The notes under the pieces were generated by a model. The model searched no databases and was not told the origin of the DNA. It was given only the letters and a program-made list of their open reading frames with translations. This document shows positions 59,143 through 64,000 of a DNA stretch of 64,000 bases, one piece after another. Source of the stretch: Clostridium sp. (GTDB taxonomy: Bacteria > Bacillota > Clostridia > Clostridiales > Clostridiaceae). The position numbers and the translations under genes were made by a program. Every line of letters begins with the position of its first letter. Positions within the stretch are counted from its first letter, which is position 1. The stretch lies in NCBI RefSeq assembly GCF_022773025.1, contig NZ_JALEZF010000064.1. One strand, given 5' to 3'.

Positions 59143-60327
59143 TTAAACCACTTGGAATATATAAAATTTTAAATAATAAGATTCATCTGAGTTCCAAAGT
59201 ATTGGATGGTCAGCACTTTGGGTTCTGAATTCAACTTGTCTTATAGATCTTCTAGCATCCATAGCAGCTTCCATGATAGTAGCTTTTAATAAATCTTCTT
59301 TCATGAAGTGTGAGCATGAGCAGGTTACAAAATACCCATAAGGCTTTACCATCTTAAGCCCTCTTAGATTGATTTCTTTGTAACCTCTTTTAGCTCCATT
59401 TACAGTGTTTCTAGACTTGGTGAAAGCTGGAGGGTCAAGTATAACTACATCGAACTGCTTTCCTTCTTTAGCCCACTGTGGAAGAACATCAAAAGCATTG
59501 TGGCATTGGAATTTTACAGTGTCTTGAAGATTATTAAGTTCTGCATTTCTTGTAGCACAATCTACAGCATGCTGAGATACATCAACTCCAAGGACTGATT
59601 TTGCACCTGCTATACCAGCATTTAAGGCAAAGGAGCCTGTGTGAGTGAAGCAGTCTAAAACTGTAGCATCCTTACATATTCTATGTATGGCAGCTCTGTT
59701 TTCCTTTTGATCTAAGAAGAAACCGGTCTTTTGTCCATTCTCTAAATCAACTAAATATTTAACTCCATTTTCCACAATTTCAATGTCAGTTGGGAATGGG
59801 TCAGTTAGGAATCCTTTTGTTTGAGAAAGACCTTCAAGCTCTCTAGAAGCTATATCACTTCTTTCATAAACGCCTTTTCCGCCAAAATCATTCATAAGGA
59901 TATCTACGATTATATCTCTGTATTTGTCCATACCTAGAGAAGATATTTGGATAACGTAGTAATCCTCATATTTATCTATAGTAAGTCCAGGAAGAAAGTC
60001 AGCTTCCCCAAATACAAAACGACAGCTTGAAGTATCTATAACTTTTTTTCTGTAATTCCAAGCAGCCTCCATACGTCTTTTAAAGAAATCTCTATCTATT
60101 TCTTCATTTATGTCTCTAGTCATCATTCTGATAGTTATCTTTGAAGCATCATTTATGTAACCTTTACCTATGAAGTTTCCTTTAAAATTATAAACTTCAA
60201 CTATATCTCCATTGGTGTATTCCCCATCGTACTCGTTAATCTCATCTGTATATATCCATGGACATCCATTTTCCGCTTTACGGCCTTTGCCCTTATGCAA
60301 GTAGAATTTTGATGACAATAAGCTCAT
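59143..60327 (-). CDS. rlmI: Class I SAM-dependent 23S rRNA (cytosine-C5) methyltransferase, RlmI/YwbD-like (PUA + MTase)
   Basis: …GHPWIY… PUA-like N-terminus. SAM motif VLDCFTHTGSF. DPPAF catalytic motif. The start is uncertain: the ATG at 60327 abuts the RBS, and the TTG at 60318 has better spacing. Confidence 0.85.
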   Translation of the reverse strand: MSLLSSKFYLHKGKGRKAENGCPWIYTDEINEYDGEYTNGDIVEVYNFKGNFIGKGYINDASKITIRMMTRDINEEIDRDFFKRRMEAAWNYRKKVIDTSSCRFVFGEADFLPGLTIDKYEDYYVIQISSLGMDKYRDIIVDILMNDFGGKGVYERSDIASRELEGLSQTKGFLTDPFPTDIEIVENGVKYLVDLENGQKTGFFLDQKENRAAIHRICKDATVLDCFTHTGSFALNAGIAGAKSVLGVDVSQHAVDCATRNAELNNLQDTVKFQCHNAFDVLPQWAKEGKQFDVVILDPPAFTKSRNTVNGAKRGYKEINLRGLKMVKPYGYFVTCSCSHFMKEDLLKATIMEAAMDARRSIRQVEFRTQSADHPILWNSDESYYLKFYIFQVV

Positions 60328-60470
60328 CTCCTTTGTGAATTTAATATATTAGATTATATCATAATTTCTCATGGTAGCATAAAAATATCGATAAAGTTAT
60401 TTTATCTTTGTATAAAGTGAAATCTTATCCTATAATTAATAAGGATACCTACTTTAAGAGGAGGATTTTT

Positions 60471-62381
60471 ATGAACTTAATAACATTAGAGAACATAAGC
60501 AAAAATTATAGTGAAAAGAAACTTTTAGATAATATATCTTTAGGAATAAATGAGGGAGACAAGATTGGTGTAATTGGAATCAATGGCACAGGCAAATCAA
60601 CTTTCCTTAAGATTATCGCAGGTGTAGAGCATTGTGACAGCGGAAATATAATAAAGGGTAATAAAGTTAGAATAGAGTACCTATCTCAAAATCCAGAGTA
60701 TGATTTTGAAGCTACAGTTTTGGAACAGGTATTCAAGGGCAATTCTCAAGAGATGAAGCTTTTGAGAGAATATGAGGATGTCTTGGAACGTGTTAATGAG
60801 GGAGAAGATTTATCGGATAGATTGATTAGCATTCAAAGTAAGATAGATACTATGGCTCTTTGGGATTTAGAGAGTGAAGCAAAGACTATACTTACTAAGC
60901 TTGGAATAAGTGATTTCAAAGCTAAGATAGGGGATCTATCTGGAGGTCAGAGGAAGAGAATATCTCTTGCTAGTGCACTTATAACTCCTAGTGAACTTCT
61001 AGTATTAGATGAGCCTACAAATCATATGGATAGTGAAACTATAACATGGCTTGAAGGTTACCTCAACAATAGAAAAGGTGCCTTTATAATGATAACCCAT
61101 GATAGATATTTCTTGGACAGAGTTGCAAACAGAATAATTGAAATTTATGATGGCTCACTTTACAGTTATGAGGGAAATTATAGCTTATTTGTTGAGAAGA
61201 AGGCGGAGAGAGAAGCTGATGAGATAGCAACTCAAAAGAAAAAGGAAAGTTTATTTAGGAAAGAACTTGCATGGATTAAGAGGGGAGCTAAGGCTAGAAG
61301 TACAAAGCAGAAGGCTAGGATAGACAGATTTGAAGACCTTAAGGACAGTATGGGATATAAGTCTCAGGAAAATGTAGAGCTTTCTGTGCAAGGATCAAGA
61401 CTTGGAAACAAGGTCATAGAGATGGACCATGTGGAAAAATCCTTTGATGGACAGAAATATATAGATGACTTTAGCTATATACTTTTGAGGGATGACAGAA
61501 TAGGAATTGTAGGACCTAATGGAATAGGAAAATCAACCCTTATGAACATAATAAGCGGAGAGATTAAGGCAGACAGTGGAACTATTGATATTGGAGACAC
61601 AGTAAAGATAGGATATTTCTCACAAGAAACTTATCACATGGATGAAGATATGAGAGTTATAGATTATGTAAAGGAGATTGCTGAGTACCTTCCTCTAGCA
61701 AATGGAGACAGGATAACAGCATCTCAAATGCTTGAGAAATTCTTATTTACAGGTTCTATGCAGTATACTCCTATAGGAAAGCTTTCAGGAGGGGAGAGAA
61801 GGAGACTTTATCTATTAAGAGTACTTATGGGAGCTCCAAACGTACTTCTTCTAGATGAACCTACAAATGACCTAGATATAGCAACACTTACAATATTGGA
61901 AGACTTTTTAGATGATTTTAATGGACCCGTGATAACAGTATCCCATGATAGATATTTCTTAGACAGAGTATGCAATAAGATATTTGCATATGAAGGTAAC
62001 GGAATCATAGAGAGATATAACGGAAACTATGGGGATTATTTATCAACAGTTGAGGAGAAAAATTTATCTACAATTGTGGATAAAGCTCCGAAAAAAGAAA
62101 AACCTCAGCCAAAGAATGAAGAGAGAAAGCAAAAGCAACTTAAATTCTCCTATAAAGAACAGAAAGAGTTCGATGAGATTGATGAGGTTATCGAGTCTTT
62201 AGAAAATAAAATTCAAGAGCTAGATGAAGCAATAGACAGATACAGCTCAGACTTTGGCAAACTTCAAGATCTTCTATCAGAAAAAGAGGCAACTGAAGCT
62301 AAGCTAGAAGATAAGTATGATAGATGGACTTATCTGAACGAACTGAACGAAGAGATTCAGAGAAACAAGAATATGAAATAG
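60471..62381 (+). CDS. ABC-F family ATPase (Uup/YfmR-like translation factor type)
   Basis: Two NBDs (GINGTGKST/LSGGQRKR/LVLDEPTNHMD and GPNGIGKST/LSGGERRR/LLLDEPTNDLD). No TM domains. C-terminal coiled coil. I prefer the ATG at 60471 (AGAGGAGGA RBS). Confidence 0.9.
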   Translation: MNLITLENISKNYSEKKLLDNISLGINEGDKIGVIGINGTGKSTFLKIIAGVEHCDSGNIIKGNKVRIEYLSQNPEYDFEATVLEQVFKGNSQEMKLLREYEDVLERVNEGEDLSDRLISIQSKIDTMALWDLESEAKTILTKLGISDFKAKIGDLSGGQRKRISLASALITPSELLVLDEPTNHMDSETITWLEGYLNNRKGAFIMITHDRYFLDRVANRIIEIYDGSLYSYEGNYSLFVEKKAEREADEIATQKKKESLFRKELAWIKRGAKARSTKQKARIDRFEDLKDSMGYKSQENVELSVQGSRLGNKVIEMDHVEKSFDGQKYIDDFSYILLRDDRIGIVGPNGIGKSTLMNIISGEIKADSGTIDIGDTVKIGYFSQETYHMDEDMRVIDYVKEIAEYLPLANGDRITASQMLEKFLFTGSMQYTPIGKLSGGERRRLYLLRVLMGAPNVLLLDEPTNDLDIATLTILEDFLDDFNGPVITVSHDRYFLDRVCNKIFAYEGNGIIERYNGNYGDYLSTVEEKNLSTIVDKAPKKEKPQPKNEERKQKQLKFSYKEQKEFDEIDEVIESLENKIQELDEAIDRYSSDFGKLQDLLSEKEATEAKLEDKYDRWTYLNELNEEIQRNKNMK

Positions 62382-62463
62382 TAGTATAGACTTTGGAATA
62401 AGATGATGGAGTTTTATTAGCTTTAATTAATAAATAACTTTAAAGTGAAAAATGTGTCAAAAG

Positions 62464-62492
62464 TTGACATATGATATACAATGACATATAAT
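62464..62492 (+). promoter_or_regulatory. Sigma-A promoter of the TPP riboswitch-cytX unit
   Basis: TTGACA, 17 nt, TATAAT (consensus). Confidence 0.8.
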
Positions 62493-62511
62493 TTAATTAT
62501 TATAAATATTT

Positions 62512-62600
62512 GAACAGGGGAGCTTGTATTGCAGGCTGAGAGGAAGTAATCAACTTCGACCCTTACACCTGATTTGGATAATGCCAACGTAGGAAGTGAT
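62512..62600 (+). promoter_or_regulatory. TPP (THI-box) riboswitch aptamer
   Basis: …GGGGAGC…GCUGAGA…ACCCUUACACCUGAUUUGGAUAAUGCCAACGUAGGAAG… matches the THI element core (CUGAGA, ACCUGAU, GGAUAAUGCC). Confidence 0.92.
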
Positions 62601-62616
62601 CGACATTTGCTTTTTC

Positions 62617-62650
62617 GCGGGAAATACCATATGGTGTTTCCCGCTTTTTG
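62617..62650 (+). terminator. TPP riboswitch expression-platform terminator
   Basis: GCGGGAAATACC-ATAT-GGTGTTTCCCGC followed by TTTTTG. Confidence 0.85.
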
Positions 62651-62683
62651 TCCTGTTCAAAGGAATGAAAGGATGTAGAATTT

Positions 62684-63850
62684 GTGGAAAAATCAAAAAC
62701 TTCAACTCTAAGTAATGCATTGATTTGGTTCGGTGCAGCAGTATCTATTGCAGAAATACTAACAGGAACATTAATTGCTCCTTTAGGATTTTCTAAAGGT
62801 CTTGCAGCAATAATTATTGGACATGTTATAGGCTGTGCTTTACTATACTTTACAGGAATTATAGGAGCGCAAACTGAAAAGAGCTCTATGGAAACAGTAA
62901 AGATTTCATTTGGGCAGAAGGGATCTCTATTGTTTTCTACTTTAAATGTTTTGCAGCTTGTAGGATGGACGGCTGTAATGATTGTAAGCGGTGCAGCAGC
63001 GGCAAGCTCTGTTTATAATATAGGAGGAGACTGGGTATGGAGTATTGCTATAGGTGTTCTTATCGCTCTTTGGGTTATCATAGGACTTAAGAATCTTGGA
63101 AAGCTTAATATGATAGCTATGGGTGGACTATTTATCTTGACTATAATACTTAGTACAGTAATCTTCAAAGGGAATGCAACAGTTGTTTTAGAACAAGGCA
63201 TAAGTTTCGGAGCAGCAGTGGAACTTTCAGTTGCAATGCCTCTTTCGTGGCTTCCGCTTATCTCAGATTACACTCGTGAAGCGGCAAAGCCAAAGCAAGC
63301 AACTCTTGTGAGTTCAATAGCGTATTTTTTAGTTAGCTGTTGGATGTATGTAATAGGAATGGGAGCTGCTATATTTACAGGTGAAAGCGATATAGCAAAG
63401 ATAATGATGAGCGCAGGTCTTGGCATAATTGCAGTAATCATAATCATTTTTTCAACTGTTACAACAACTTTTTTAGATGTTTATTCTGCAGGGGTTAGCT
63501 CTGAGAGTATTTCAAAGAAGTTAAAGGAAAAGCCAGTTGCCATAGCAGTATGTGCTATTGGAACGCTACTTGCTATATTCACTCCAATAACTCAATATGA
63601 AAACTTTTTATATCTAATAGGGTCCGTATTTGCTCCTATGATTGCAATATTAATCACCGATTTCTTTATTCTAAAGAAGGATCATACAGGGGAAACGGTA
63701 AGTATTATCAATGTAGTTATATGGGCAATAGGATTTGTAGTGTATAGAATATTTATGACCATAGACACACCGCTAGGAAACACACTGCCTGTTATGGTTA
63801 TAATATCAATACTTTGCATGGTGGCTAATAAAATATTTAGGGATAAATAA
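62684..63850 (+). CDS. cytX: Putative hydroxymethylpyrimidine transporter CytX (NCS1 family)
   Basis: 388-aa 12-TM protein. N-terminus …NALIWFGAAVSIAEILTG… is typical of CytX. Directly controlled by a TPP riboswitch. GTG start. Confidence 0.8.
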   Translation: MEKSKTSTLSNALIWFGAAVSIAEILTGTLIAPLGFSKGLAAIIIGHVIGCALLYFTGIIGAQTEKSSMETVKISFGQKGSLLFSTLNVLQLVGWTAVMIVSGAAAASSVYNIGGDWVWSIAIGVLIALWVIIGLKNLGKLNMIAMGGLFILTIILSTVIFKGNATVVLEQGISFGAAVELSVAMPLSWLPLISDYTREAAKPKQATLVSSIAYFLVSCWMYVIGMGAAIFTGESDIAKIMMSAGLGIIAVIIIIFSTVTTTFLDVYSAGVSSESISKKLKEKPVAIAVCAIGTLLAIFTPITQYENFLYLIGSVFAPMIAILITDFFILKKDHTGETVSIINVVIWAIGFVVYRIFMTIDTPLGNTLPVMVIISILCMVANKIFRDK

Positions 63851-64000
63851 GCAGAAGTTTTTAGCTTTAGGGATATTGAATAAACTTATTTATATGATTT
63901 GAGAGATGAAAGCACTATTCGCATTTATCGGGTTTGAGTAGCTGGGTATTGGAATTATGATACTTCATTTTGTAAAGGAAGGAATCAGATTTTTACTTTA

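Noticed and set aside
62510-62660. 9-nt complementarity, TTGAACAGG (62510-18) with CCTGTTCAA (62652-60), enclosing the whole TPP riboswitch and its terminator
   Set aside because: It could be an extended P1 or processing helix. However, a single 9-mer complement across 140 nt of AT-rich sequence, without comparative support, is not convincing.
63957-64000. Possible start of a new plus-strand ORF (MILHFVKEGIRFLL…) at the window edge
   Set aside because: Only 14 codons are visible and the RBS is weak, so it cannot be evaluated.

Overview
The window is low-GC (about 30%) and reads as chromosomal DNA from a Clostridium-like Firmicute. It is densely packed with housekeeping and metabolic genes. 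I found no rRNA or tRNA genes, CRISPR arrays, transposases, integrases or recognisable defence genes. In order it contains: the end of a FecCD/ABC uptake system, a PP-loop (Dph6-like) gene, cobQ, a MecA_N-type PBP, and an 820-bp ORF-free GC-enriched region; then a polysaccharide deacetylase, a TIGR00300/LOR-SDH-like protein, an Fe-ADH, a GH3 NagZ-like enzyme, a DUF1847 protein, a Cof hydrolase, catalase (with a PerR-like box) and two small Coat-F-like genes; then queT behind a preQ1-I riboswitch, an ArsR/NifX-like pair, an adenine deaminase remnant, and a GntR/EtfB/EtfA(ferredoxin-fused)/FAD-LDH lactate cluster; then a zf-trcl mini-protein and a DeoR/HAD unit divergent from a degenerate galactokinase-like gene plus gapN; then a lipoprotein with an OmpR/HK two-component system, attenuator-controlled carAB, lacZ, an EFR1 ferredoxin, and a LexA-box-controlled YciI-like gene; then a type III-like glutamine synthetase, ppiB, an XRE/S24-like regulator, the spore germination locus (two Csp subtilases plus sleC), and an H-NOX-like MCP; then ykvI, a TIGR01212 radical SAM gene, a PucR-type regulator, comB, an ArsM-type methyltransferase, rlmI, an ABC-F ATPase, and a TPP riboswitch with cytX. 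Five observations deserve a second look. (1) The ArsM-type gene has an in-frame UGA at the position of the conserved C-terminal Cys, followed by a SECIS-like hairpin, so it is probably a selenoprotein that the ORF track truncated. (2) The ORF-free region at 5963-6791 carries duplicated AC(C)GUGAA-loop hairpins and a 22-bp terminal hairpin, and may be a roughly 640-nt structured RNA of unknown class. (3) The H-NOX/MCP protein lacks the proximal His and the YxSxR heme-contact residues. (4) The GalK homologue has all three GHMP motifs degenerate and appears co-transcribed with gapN. (5) A 32-48-nt repeat occurs three times, and an inverted pair of copies brackets the arsM cassette. I did not recognise a multi-gene system that is clearly new. 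Every functional call comes from motif recognition by eye and needs confirmation by database search.
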